A DNA stretch of 22,022 nt from an uncultured delta proteobacterium (GTDB lineage Bacteria; Desulfobacterota; Binatia; UBA9968): NCBI GenBank assembly GCA_963840855.1, contig CAWJBB010000037.1, positions 1 through 22,022 on the forward strand, given 5' to 3'. The stretch's first letter is position 1; each line of letters opens with the position of its first letter. Position numbers and translations under genes: made by a program. The notes under the pieces are model-generated. The model did not search any database, had not been told where the DNA came from, and saw only the letters and a program-made list of their open reading frames with translations. Positions 8,901-17,044 of this stretch are shown piece by piece.

Positions 8901-9896
8901 TTATTGTTTGAACCGTGAAAACACCTCTAGCGCGTTCTTTTCGAATATCTTTGCCTTGTCTCCGGTCGTGAGCCAAGGGATGCTTTCGATATTGGGGCGC
9001 ACGTCGTCGTACCACTTGCCGGTGCGCGGATCGGTTTTCGAACCGGCGCCGGGGCGCTCGGTGCCGAACAGGCAACGTTCAGCGCCGACGATCCTGAACA
9101 GGAGCTTTAACGACTCGACGTTGTAAAGCGCGGTGTCGAAGTAAAGCTGTTTCAGCCGCTCGTCGAAGGTCTCCGTGTCATTAGGACCCCTTAATTGCGA
9201 GCGCCAGCGGCCGACTTGATAGGGCACCGAACCCCCGCCGTGGGAAATAATAAGCTTTAAGCTGGGAAAGTCTTTAAACACGCTGGAATCCACCAGCGAC
9301 AAGATCGCGATGCTTTCCTCGGTGATAAAGTGGCCGTGGAACGATTCCCGCGGATTCTTGCAGCTCGCCGCATGCAGCAGTCCCGGTATGTCCATCTTCA
9401 CCATCTTTTCGTAAAGCGGGTACCAATACTCGTTGCCCATGGCCGGTGTCTGGCCGTCGCCCTCGCCCGGATCGGGGTTGATCATGATGCCGACGAAGCC
9501 GAGATCCTTGACGCAGCGGTCGATCTCGTCGAAGCTGTTCGTCACTGGCACGCCGGCATTTTGCGGCAAGCCGCCGATGGCGCGAAACTTCTTCGGTTCC
9601 ATTTTTACTTGCAGCGCCAGCGCGTCGTTCACCGCCTTGCAATACCAGTGCACGATCTTCTCAGGTTTGGCTGAGTGCATCATCGTGTAGGGCCGCGGCG
9701 AGATAAACGCGAAATCGGTCCCGACTTCGTCGAGAACTTCCGAATGCTTGTGGCCGCGCCACTTGGCCTCTTGAATATGTTTCTCCGTAACTACGGTGCC
9801 CTGTGGGCGATGAAACCCGGCGCTGTTGATCAAACCCGCCTGAAAGGTCTGAAGCTGCTCGCCGGCGACGATGTGGTTGTGAATATCGATGATCAT
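8901..9896 (-). CDS. Amidohydrolase_2 family protein, LigJ (4-oxalomesaconate hydratase)-like
   Basis: Start at ATG 9896 (MIIDIHNH, HxH metal motif) with AGGAGA/AAGGA RBS; FISPRP, GFVG..INPDP, YWYPLYEKMV..D.P...H, FKDFP.LK.IISHGGG.VPYQ.GR, LFGTE.PG. Exact substrate not assignable. Confidence 0.85.
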   Translation of the reverse strand: MIIDIHNHIVAGEQLQTFQAGLINSAGFHRPQGTVVTEKHIQEAKWRGHKHSEVLDEVGTDFAFISPRPYTMMHSAKPEKIVHWYCKAVNDALALQVKMEPKKFRAIGGLPQNAGVPVTNSFDEIDRCVKDLGFVGIMINPDPGEGDGQTPAMGNEYWYPLYEKMVKMDIPGLLHAASCKNPRESFHGHFITEESIAILSLVDSSVFKDFPSLKLIISHGGGSVPYQVGRWRSQLRGPNDTETFDERLKQLYFDTALYNVESLKLLFRIVGAERCLFGTERPGAGSKTDPRTGKWYDDVRPNIESIPWLTTGDKAKIFEKNALEVFSRFKQ

Positions 9897-9927
9897 GCTC
9901 AAATCCTTTCTCCTTGAACTGACCGCA

Positions 9928-9956
9928 CCTATAGGAGACCCGCCTCGGTCTGTCAA
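9928..9956 (-). promoter_or_regulatory. Sigma70-type promoter for the amidohydrolase
   Basis: TTGACA-N17-TATAGG about 30 nt upstream of ATG 9896. Confidence 0.65.
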
Positions 9957-9971
9957 GTCGCCGAACGAGAG

Positions 9972-10086
9972 GGTAGTGGTCCAGTTTGATTCAATAGACG
10001 AATCAATTGGGGCGACCCCCTGTGGTCGCCCTGATTCGGCAGGCACGGGGCCTGCCACTACAAGTTTCTGAGACTGAACCACTACC
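9972..10086. mobile_element. 115-bp MITE/REPIN-like element
   Basis: Imperfect terminal inverted repeats GGTAGTGGTCCAGTTTGA / TGAGACTGAACCACTACC (15 of 18) enclose REP-like hairpins GGGCGACC..GGTCGCCC and GGCAGGC..GCCTGCC-ACTAC. Confidence 0.55.
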
Positions 10087-10221
10087 AACGAAAGGGAATT
10101 GGAGTTCTGGAGTGATGGGATTGCGCGGTTGCTATATGAGAGTTATCGTGGCTTGCGCAAATTTTCTCGTGCGTCTTATGGCTTTGGCTGCACCTTTAGC
10201 GCGCCAGGTTCGTTGCTTCTG

Positions 10222-10392
10222 TCATTTTTTACTAGGCTTCTTCTCTCCTTCTTCCGTAAAAAAAGGATCTGCGCCCGTGCCGAAGACGATCTTGCCCGCA
10301 CCGCCCTTCACGTCTTTTCGCGGCGCCAGGTCTTTAAGCAAAACGATGCCGCTCGTTCTCTTTTTCCGTTTCTCGCCCTTTGCTTTTTGCAC
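10222..10392 (-). CDS. Unannotated 56-aa double-glycine-leader precursor peptide MQKAKGEKRKKRTSGIVLLKDLAPRKDVKGG|AGKIVFGTGADPFFTEEGEKKPSKK
   Basis: Translated by hand: GTG 10392 to TGA 10222. Lys-rich N-terminus and LKDLAPRKDVKGG ending in V-x-G-G. Co-oriented with, and at the end of, a cluster encoding a C39 peptidase transporter. RBS is weak. Confidence 0.7.
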   Translation of the reverse strand: MQKAKGEKRKKRTSGIVLLKDLAPRKDVKGGAGKIVFGTGADPFFTEEGEKKPSKK

Positions 10393-10517
10393 TTTTGATC
10401 TCAGAGACTAAGCTCTAACTAGCTCCGGGCGATGGGCTCTCAGCCTTAACTTACCGACCGCTGACGGCTGATCGCTTTTTGCCCCTCGCTCTATGACCGT
10501 AGTGTCCGTCTTGAGCT

Positions 10518-11309
10518 CTAAACGGACACTTTTCTTGCTTCGGGCGCCCAGGGGAACGTGAGACAAAAGGTTGTTCCCTCGCCTGGCTGGCTCCCATAGG
10601 TAATCGTTCCGTCATGGGATTCGACGATATGCCGGGTTATCGTTAACCCGAGGCCTATTGCCCCGGACTTCGTTGTGGCAAAAGCCTGAAAAACATCTAA
10701 GTCGGGCGGAATCCCGCCGCCGGTGTCGGCCAGTTCGAAAAACACCGAGCGTTCATTGACGCCGGATTTAACGCTCAAAAACCCGCCTTCGGGCATCGCA
10801 TCCGCGGCGTTCCTGAAAAGATTGACCAAGGCCTGTTTGAGCAGTTTTTCATTGGCTTGGATCGGCGGCAGGTTGGCGGCGATATGCTTCCGAACGCGAA
10901 TTCCGCTGGCGTCGAAGCGCACCGCTTCACTTTGAAGAATATCGTCAATGAGCGAATTCAAGTCTACTGAATCGAAATCAGGGTCGGTGAGCCAGAGGCC
11001 ATCCAGCTGGGACCGCAGCCCGCTGACTAGTGCGATCAATTGATCAACTCCTCCCTTTAGTTGTCGGAACACCTGGCCCAAGAAGGGATCAGGACGGCCG
11101 TTGGCCTTGGGCAACTCTTGATCCATGAGGCCCGCGGCGCCAGAAACCACCTGGATGGGGTTGCTGATCTGGTGGATCAAGTGCGCGAGACCAATGAGAG
11201 CCGAGGCCTCAAAGACGCCCTTCGAAGGTGTTGCTCGCGTTTGTTCCTTCGTACCGAGCCCTTGTACGTGAACGGCGTTGAATCTTGTTTCGCTCAGTGT
11301 CGTATGCAT
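10518..11309 (-). CDS. Soluble histidine kinase core (HisKA + HATPase_c) with no sensor domain
   Basis: H-box IHQISNPI, N-box LKQALVNLFRNAADAM, G1 DTGGGI, F-box VFQAFATTK, G2 GAIGLGL; only about 40 aa precede the H-box; AAAGGA RBS. Confidence 0.85.
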   Translation of the reverse strand: MHTTLSETRFNAVHVQGLGTKEQTRATPSKGVFEASALIGLAHLIHQISNPIQVVSGAAGLMDQELPKANGRPDPFLGQVFRQLKGGVDQLIALVSGLRSQLDGLWLTDPDFDSVDLNSLIDDILQSEAVRFDASGIRVRKHIAANLPPIQANEKLLKQALVNLFRNAADAMPEGGFLSVKSGVNERSVFFELADTGGGIPPDLDVFQAFATTKSGAIGLGLTITRHIVESHDGTITYGSQPGEGTTFCLTFPWAPEARKVSV

Positions 11310-11343
11310 CTAGATGAATCCTTTCTAAGACGGTTCTCTATGG

Positions 11344-11682
11344 TTAAATCCCCTCCGACCCCACACCGTTCCCGGGGCTGCGCGCCGGAAGCTCTCCCGC
11401 GGCGTCACCCGGTTCAGCCCGGCAGCCGGTGAGCTGCGCGCAATCATCCTTCGGGGCGTCTGCGGTTTTCGGCTCGGGTTCTAATTGTCTGAGCAGGGTG
11501 TTCAAAATCGCTTTGGTCTCTTCGAGAACGCGGTCCATCTGCTGAAACTCCCGCTCATTGTCTTGGGTCAAAACATCATGAAGATCCAGCTTCAACGTAT
11601 GGGAGCAAAGCATGATAAACATCAGCCGGCTCCGCAGACGGTTCGCAGACTGATGGATAAGCTGTCGTTGTTCGTCTGTCAC
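11344..11682 (-). CDS. Small stand-alone DHp/HisKA-like helical-hairpin protein
   Basis: GTG with AGGAGA RBS 8 nt upstream; LIHQSANRLRSRLMFIMLCSHTL...EFQQMDRVLEETKAILNTLL resembles the two-helix DHp pattern; low-complexity tail. Confidence 0.6.
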   Translation of the reverse strand: MTDEQRQLIHQSANRLRSRLMFIMLCSHTLKLDLHDVLTQDNEREFQQMDRVLEETKAILNTLLRQLEPEPKTADAPKDDCAQLTGCRAEPGDAAGELPARSPGNGVGSEGI

Positions 11683-11860
11683 GGACGGTGTCTCCTCATC
11701 GTCGTTTGCATTTGCCTGTCCTTTTTGGTTGCCCCTCTGCCGGCTAGGCCTGTCGCCACCTCAGATCCAGGAGGGCGACCGCGCGTTCAATTCTGATCTC
11801 CGGCTTGATGACGCGTTGGTTACTCGATTCCAGATTCTTGTTTCCGCTCCGGTTCTCACC

Positions 11861-11875
11861 GCAAGCGGCGTGCCG
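11861..11875 (-). promoter_or_regulatory. Sigma54 (-24/-12) promoter
   Basis: Minus strand CGGCACGCCGCTTGC fits TGGCACR-N4-TTGC with exact GG-N10-GC spacing, directly downstream of a sigma54 activator gene. Confidence 0.8.
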
Positions 11876-11891
11876 AAGATCAGTGTTTTTC

Positions 11892-11904
11892 CAACCCGTT
11901 GATT
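11892..11904 (-). promoter_or_regulatory. IHF binding site
   Basis: AATCAACGGGTTG is an exact match to WATCAA-N4-TTR, preceded by an A-tract and located between the UAS and the -24/-12 element. Confidence 0.7.
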
Positions 11905-11946
11905 TTTTTCGCGATTGGGCACCTCGATGAAACCCGGGCGCCGATT

Positions 11947-11990
11947 GTATGGTCTCATTTCAAGACCATACCAGCCTTATTATGAGACCA
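11947..11990. promoter_or_regulatory. Tandem upstream activator sequences (consensus TGGTCTCA-N3-TGAGACCA)
   Basis: Site 1 TGGTCTCA-TTT-CAAGACCA (11950-11968, within the 9-bp inverted repeat GTATGGTCT/AGACCATAC); site 2 CAGCCTTA-TTA-TGAGACCA (11972-11990); offset 22 bp; about 100-140 bp upstream of the predicted start site. Confidence 0.65.
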
Positions 11991-12015
11991 GAGTATTATT
12001 GTGACGCGCCTGCGG

Positions 12016-13017
12016 CTAGACCAGCTTGCGGTCCAAAGTCGAGCGTGAGATGCCGAGGGTTTTGGCCGCCCTGCGCTTGTTGCCACCGACCTGCTCGAGG
12101 ATCCGCAGGATATGCTGCCGCTCGACCGCCTGCAGAGAGTGGTGATTCTCGTCCTTCCCGGCGGCGAGAGCGGTAGGAGACAAAGTCTCGGCTTGGTCGA
12201 GGGTAAATGTGGAGAAAGATTCCTGTGTTAGCAGGGCTTCCGCGGGAATGATCTCCGTTCGGGTCAGAGCCACGGCGGTATGAATCACCCGGCTCAACTC
12301 TCTCAGATTGCCGGGCCAGGAATAGGCGATGAGGCGCTCGGAGGCTACAGAGTCCAGGCCCTTGATTTGCTTTCCTAGCCGCCGGCTCGCGGCGGCGATT
12401 TCGGTGGCGATCAGCAGCGGAAGGTCGCGCGGACGCTCTCTCAGTGCGGGAATGGTTACGGTGATGCCGCTTATGCGATAGAAGAGATCCCTGCGAAAGC
12501 GACCGGCGCCGATGAGTTGATGCAGCGACAGATGAGTGGCGGAGATAAGACGCACGTCGGCTTTTCTGAGGCTGTCGGAGCCCAATCGTTCAAATTCACC
12601 GTACTCCACAGCGCGCAGAATCTTCGACTGGGCTGGAGAACTCATGTCAGCGATCTCGTCGATGAACAGGGTCCCATTATGCGCCAGCTCGAATTTTCCC
12701 TTGACGGTTTTTTGCGCCCCGGTAAAGGCACCCCTTTCATGGCCGAAAAGTTGGCTGTCCAAAAGCGTGTCACTCAAGGCGGCGGCGTTAAACGCGATGA
12801 AAGGACCCTTCTGTCTAGTCGAAGAATTATGGATTGCCCGGGCAAGGAGGGTCTTGCCGGCACCGGACTCGCCCAGGATGAGAATCGGCAGCTCAGTCTC
12901 GGCCGCAACCCGGGCAAGTTCAAGACAGCGCAGCATCGGCGCATCGGCGCTGTGAAAATCGTCCAGTGTCGCGCTCGTCGGGTCGGCGGTTGAGTTCAAC
13001 TGCGGGTCGGGCGTCAT
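12016..13017 (-). CDS. Sigma54-dependent enhancer-binding protein (AAA+ and Fis HTH) lacking an N-terminal regulatory domain
   Basis: GESGAGKT Walker [21 protein letters not shown] Walker [37 protein letters not shown]; only about 20 aa before the AAA+ domain; ATGA overlap with the HlyD-like gene. Confidence 0.93.
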   Translation of the reverse strand: MTPDPQLNSTADPTSATLDDFHSADAPMLRCLELARVAAETELPILILGESGAGKTLLARAIHNSSTRQKGPFIAFNAAALSDTLLDSQLFGHERGAFTGAQKTVKGKFELAHNGTLFIDEIADMSSPAQSKILRAVEYGEFERLGSDSLRKADVRLISATHLSLHQLIGAGRFRRDLFYRISGITVTIPALRERPRDLPLLIATEIAAASRRLGKQIKGLDSVASERLIAYSWPGNLRELSRVIHTAVALTRTEIIPAEALLTQESFSTFTLDQAETLSPTALAAGKDENHHSLQAVERQHILRILEQVGGNKRRAAKTLGISRSTLDRKLV

Positions 13018-13634
13018 GACGGTTTTTCTCTAGCCGCCCGTTGCGGCGGCTCGGCAAAGCTCTCTTTCAACTGGCGTAGCGGCTCGAAAGCGTAGGAGAT
13101 GAGGGACCGTTTGCCGAGAACGATCTTTGCGGTGCCGCGCATTCCGGCGCGCAGGGGCAGAGGTTGGCCATCGACCATGATCGCCTCATCCTCGATATCG
13201 GCAAACGCGTGAAAGCCGGGGGTGGTTTCTGCGTCGACGCTGGCCGGGCTCACCCACCGCACTGTGCCGTACCGGATCCCGTAGCGACCGTAGGGAAAAG
13301 CATCGTAGAGGAGCTTGACCCCTCGACCGGGACGGACGCGCGCGGTCCCCGATTGAGGCACGGTAAGAACAGCCTGGAGCTTCGCTCCGGGGCAAGCAAG
13401 CTCGGACGGCAAGTCGCCTTCATTGACTAACGCTTCCAACGCTTTTACGTGCTGACGCAGGAGGCTGCCCGAGCATGGCGCCAGGACAAAGGGGCTGGAG
13501 ACCGTCTCCGGCACCTGCACCACCACCGCGGCCACGGTCGCGATCGCGACGACGGCGATCACCAGGTAGGCGAGGCCGTTGGCCGCCCAATGGGGCGGCG
13601 TTGGATCTAAAAAGGGAGGGGTATCTTCCGCCAT
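13014..13634 (-). CDS. Short HlyD-family membrane fusion protein apparently lacking the alpha-helical hairpin
   Basis: N-terminal TM helix followed by VPETV; C-terminal [16 protein letters not shown]...GTVRWVSP and [26 protein letters not shown]; only 206 aa. Confidence 0.8.
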   Translation of the reverse strand: MAEDTPPFLDPTPPHWAANGLAYLVIAVVAIATVAAVVVQVPETVSSPFVLAPCSGSLLRQHVKALEALVNEGDLPSELACPGAKLQAVLTVPQSGTARVRPGRGVKLLYDAFPYGRYGIRYGTVRWVSPASVDAETTPGFHAFADIEDEAIMVDGQPLPLRAGMRGTAKIVLGKRSLISYAFEPLRQLKESFAEPPQRAAREKPS

Positions 13635-13644
13635 ATTTGGATTC

Positions 13645-13870
13645 TTACCTTGGTGCCTAATTGCGCCTTTGCGCGAGATAGCCTTCTACCGGAATCGGAT
13701 TTATCTCCCGCCAAGTCGCCAAGACGCAATGGCCCTGCGGTGTCATTGCGACCCCTTCGGCAAGCTCAGGATAAACTCCGGGAGAAATCTTTCTTAGATC
13801 CCTCGCATCCGCTCGGGATGACGGCCTCAGCCCGTCACCTTTGCGCCTTTGCGTGAGATATTCTTTTCCG
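13645..13870. repeat. Composite REP-like palindromic insertion between the transporter and HlyD genes
   Basis: Direct copies TTGCGCCTTTGCG(C/T)GAGATA flank a GTCATTGCGA...TCGGGATGAC palindromic core; CTCAGGATAAACTCCG (13765-13780) recurs inverted at 19617-19632. Confidence 0.6.
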
Positions 13871-13911
13871 ATGCCGCAATCCAAATTTCAAGCATAGGGT
13901 TAACCTTCCAC

Positions 13912-16900
13912 TCACGATCCCAATTGCTGGCTCGCGAGATAATAATAGAGGCCCTGGACTTTCATCAGGTCGTCGTGCGTGCCCTGCTCGACAATTCTTC
14001 CCTTCTCCAAAACCACGATGAGATCGGCATCGCGGATCGTGCTCAAGCGATGCGCAATGACAAAACAGGTGCGCCCTTCAAAGAATTGCGTCATGTTCTG
14101 CTGGATCGCACCTTCCGATTCGGTGTCCAGGTTGCTCGTGGCTTCATCGAATATCAGCACCGGTGGCTGGCGGTAAAGCGCCCGGGCGATCACGATGCGC
14201 TGGCGCTGCCCGCCGGAGATGGCGAGACCGGTCTCGCCCACTGGCGTTTCATAGCCGAGCGGTAGCCGCTCGATAAATTCGTGGGCGTTGGCCATGCGCG
14301 CCGACCAGATAACGCGATCCATATCGGGCTCATCGTCGCCAAATGCGATGTTGCGGGAGATGGTATCGGCAAAGACGATAATTTTCCTGCAGCACAAAGC
14401 CCACCTGACGGCGGAGCTGGCGGTAGCTCAGGGTCTTCAGATCAACGCCATCATAAAAAATGGTTCCCTCCGTGGGCTCGAGCAAACCGGCGAGACATTT
14501 CACGAGGGTGGTTTTTCCCGAGCCGCTGCGGCCGACAATCGCCACGATTTTCCCCGGCGGCACTTCCAACTCGATCCGCTCGATAATCGGCGGGGACTCC
14601 GGACCGCCGTAGCGGAACCCTACGTTGTGAAGGCGAATCCTTCCTTCAAGGCTCGGCACGGGCAGAAGACGGGAGTGGTCTGTGCCCTGCTCGGGCTCTT
14701 GCTCAAAGATATCCTGCAGTCGATTGAGCAGCACCGAGGAGTAGTGGAGATTGTCCCAAAGGTTCAAGAGCAGCACAATCGGCGCGTTTGCCAGAGCAAC
14801 CAGGGAGTTAAAGGCCACCAGTCCGCCGATCGTCAGTGCCCCTTTCATCACCTCGCCGGCGCCAACCCAGAGGAAAAGCACCAACGAGAGAAAAGTGACG
14901 GACTGGATGGCCCCTTCGTAGCACATGACCGTGAAGTCGGCGGTAAACTGGCGATGGGCCATGCCATGGAACTGATTGAGCAACGCCTTCCGGAACGCGC
15001 CCTCGCCACCGGAGACTTTGACGGTCTCAATCCCTTTGATGGCGTCGATTTGATTGGAGTGATATTTGCCGAGTCCCTCCTCCAGGTCGTCAAAGATCGG
15101 GCGGAGCCAGCGCGAGGAAAAATACATGAGCAAGGCAAAGAGCGGCGCCGTGGCGAGAAAGACCAGCGCCAAAACGGGGCTGTAGACAAACATGAGCGCG
15201 ACGGCTGCGGCCACCTGGCAAAGCGCCGTAAGGCCGCTGACGGCGTGCTGCACAACAAACTCGCGCACGCGCCGGATGCCCTCCAGGCGGCGCTGGAGGT
15301 CTCCAGTCCGGCGGGAGTTGAAATAGCTCATCGGCAGAGCCAAGAGCTTGCGCACGAGGAAATCGAGCGCTCCGGCGTCAATGCGCACCGCCGCAAAACT
15401 GAGCAGGTAACGCTGCACCACCATCGAGACAACCATCACAAGCAGGACCGCCACCATCGAAAGGATCAGGGCCCGAAGCAGGTTCAGTTCCTGATGCACG
15501 AGCACCGTATCGACGACCACTTGAGTGAAGACGGGAAGAACCATTTGAAGGGCGCCCAAGATGATCGAGAGCGCCAGCGCCTTGATTATCGATCCTGTAA
15601 AGGGACGGAAAAACGGCCAGAGCCAGCTCAGGTTGGCTTTTCCCTCCGGCGCATTTTCAAACGCTTCGGTATAATCGAAGAGCGCCGCATAGCCGCTCCA
15701 TTTTTTTTCGAACTCTTCGCGGCCAAGCCTTCTCAATCCGACGGCCGGGTCAGCGATGAGCACCTGCTTTTCATCGACGTCGTAGAGGATAAGCCAGTGG
15801 TTACCCTCCCAATGAACGATTGCCGGCAAAGGCATCTGCCCGAGCCTTTGGTGTGAGGTTTTGACCGATCGGGCCGCCAGCCCGAGGTCTTCCGCGGCGT
15901 GGCACAGGGCCCTGAGGCTCGTGCCGTCGAGGCTCGTGTGGACAAGCCGGCGAATCCGAGCAAGGCTGACAGACCGGCCGAAATAGCGGCAAACCATCGC
16001 CAGGCAAGCAGCGCCGCAGTCTATCTCGTCGATCTGGCGCACCAAGGGGAAGCGCCGAATGCGTTTCGCCTTCTTGATAAAATAACCTTGTGGCGAGGCG
16101 AACGGTCCCAGCTCTGCATCTTCCTTCACCTCCGCATGGTCCACCTGGTCAGAGCCGACTTTTTCGTGCACCTGGACGTCGGCGGGCAGGGCTTCCTGGG
16201 CAAAGTCCAGAGGCACACGGGCCACTTTTTTATAATCGTACTGCTCGATCCTTTCTTTGATCTGGGTTTTGAAGGCGGGACAATTTTTGAGCAATTTTTC
16301 GAACGTCGCCGGGGCCAGCTCAAGGAGCTTGCATGGTGACATCGCCTCGACGTTGGCGCTGCGGAGTTCCCCCTTAAAGACGGACAACTCGCCAAAAAAA
16401 TCGCCCTTTCGCAGATAGGCCAGATAATGCCTGCGCCCGTTCTCTACCGTGAAGGTTCTGAGCCGCCCCTCCTCGACTATGTACATCGGCCCCGGCTCGT
16501 CACCTTGACGGATCACCAGCTCTCCGGGGGTGAAAAAGATGGCTCGGAATTCCGTGAGCAGGGTTTTTAACTGATCCGCAGGCAGCCGTGCAAACGGAGA
16601 ATAGAGACGGAAGAAGTTGTGCAAGTGACGGTGCTTGATCTGGAGTTCGAAGTAATGGCGGATCGCCGGCTGGACGCGGATGAGCGCCTGAAAAACCGAT
16701 CGGTCGAGCTTGAGTATGGTAACGTCGCCGGTGGCCCGCACGGTTGCGTTGCGGCTGCCTTCTTCGAGCAGCCCCATCTCCCCGAAGCTGTCGCCGGCGC
16801 GGAGCAAATTCAGGGAAATATCTTCGCCGTTCTCTCTCTGCTTGACTACCCGGGCCTGACCAGACACCAACACATAAAACCCATCCGCCGGCTCTCCTTC

Positions 16901-17044
16901 CCGAACGATGGGCTGACCAAAAGTAAAGGAGGCTGGGACAAAGCTGTCCACGATAAGTTTTCTGACCTCCTCCGGGAGGAACGTAAGGATGGGAAGGTCG
17001 TAGAGCGGGGAACGGTTATCAGCCGTTGCGTTATAACCGCGCAT
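13912..17044 (-). CDS. Peptidase-containing ABC transporter: two cNMP-binding domains, C39 peptidase, TMD and NBD (about 1043 aa; +1 frameshift at about 14376 joins ORFs 14330..17044 and 13912..14397)
   Basis: cNMP motifs GDSFGEMGLL...RNATVRA and GDFFGELSVF...RSANVEA; C39 triad QIDEIDCGAAC / HWEGNHW / IADPA; GRSGSGKTT, ISGGQRQR, LIFDEATSNLD, IAHRLSTI. Removing one base restores QENY(L/V)FADTI. Confidence 0.92.

Noticed and set aside
9897-10088. 64-aa N-terminal extension of the amidohydrolase in the ORF track
   Set aside because: It runs through the MITE-like element and the promoter; the RBS and family start (MIIDxHxH) support ATG 9896.
10007-10411. Plus-strand ORFs 10007..10411 and 10099..10398
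   Set aside because: Phe/Leu/Ser-rich antisense shadows of the Lys-rich minus-strand peptide gene; they start within repeat elements.
11761-11958. 65-aa ORF with GKTLIFGT, resembling the peptide core GKIVFGT
   Set aside because: It overlies the UAS, IHF and sigma54 elements and has no GG leader or clear RBS; the similarity comes from the TCTTCGGCACG promoter sequence and is probably chance.
13650-13884. Short ORFs 13650..13856, 13657..13884 and 13579..13797
   Set aside because: Translations of the REP-like repeat; no GG leader or coding signal.
14288-15856. 522-aa plus-strand ORF and other long antisense ORFs (1485..2417, 7136..7798)
   Set aside because: Antisense shadows of well-supported genes in GC-rich DNA, with no independent motifs.
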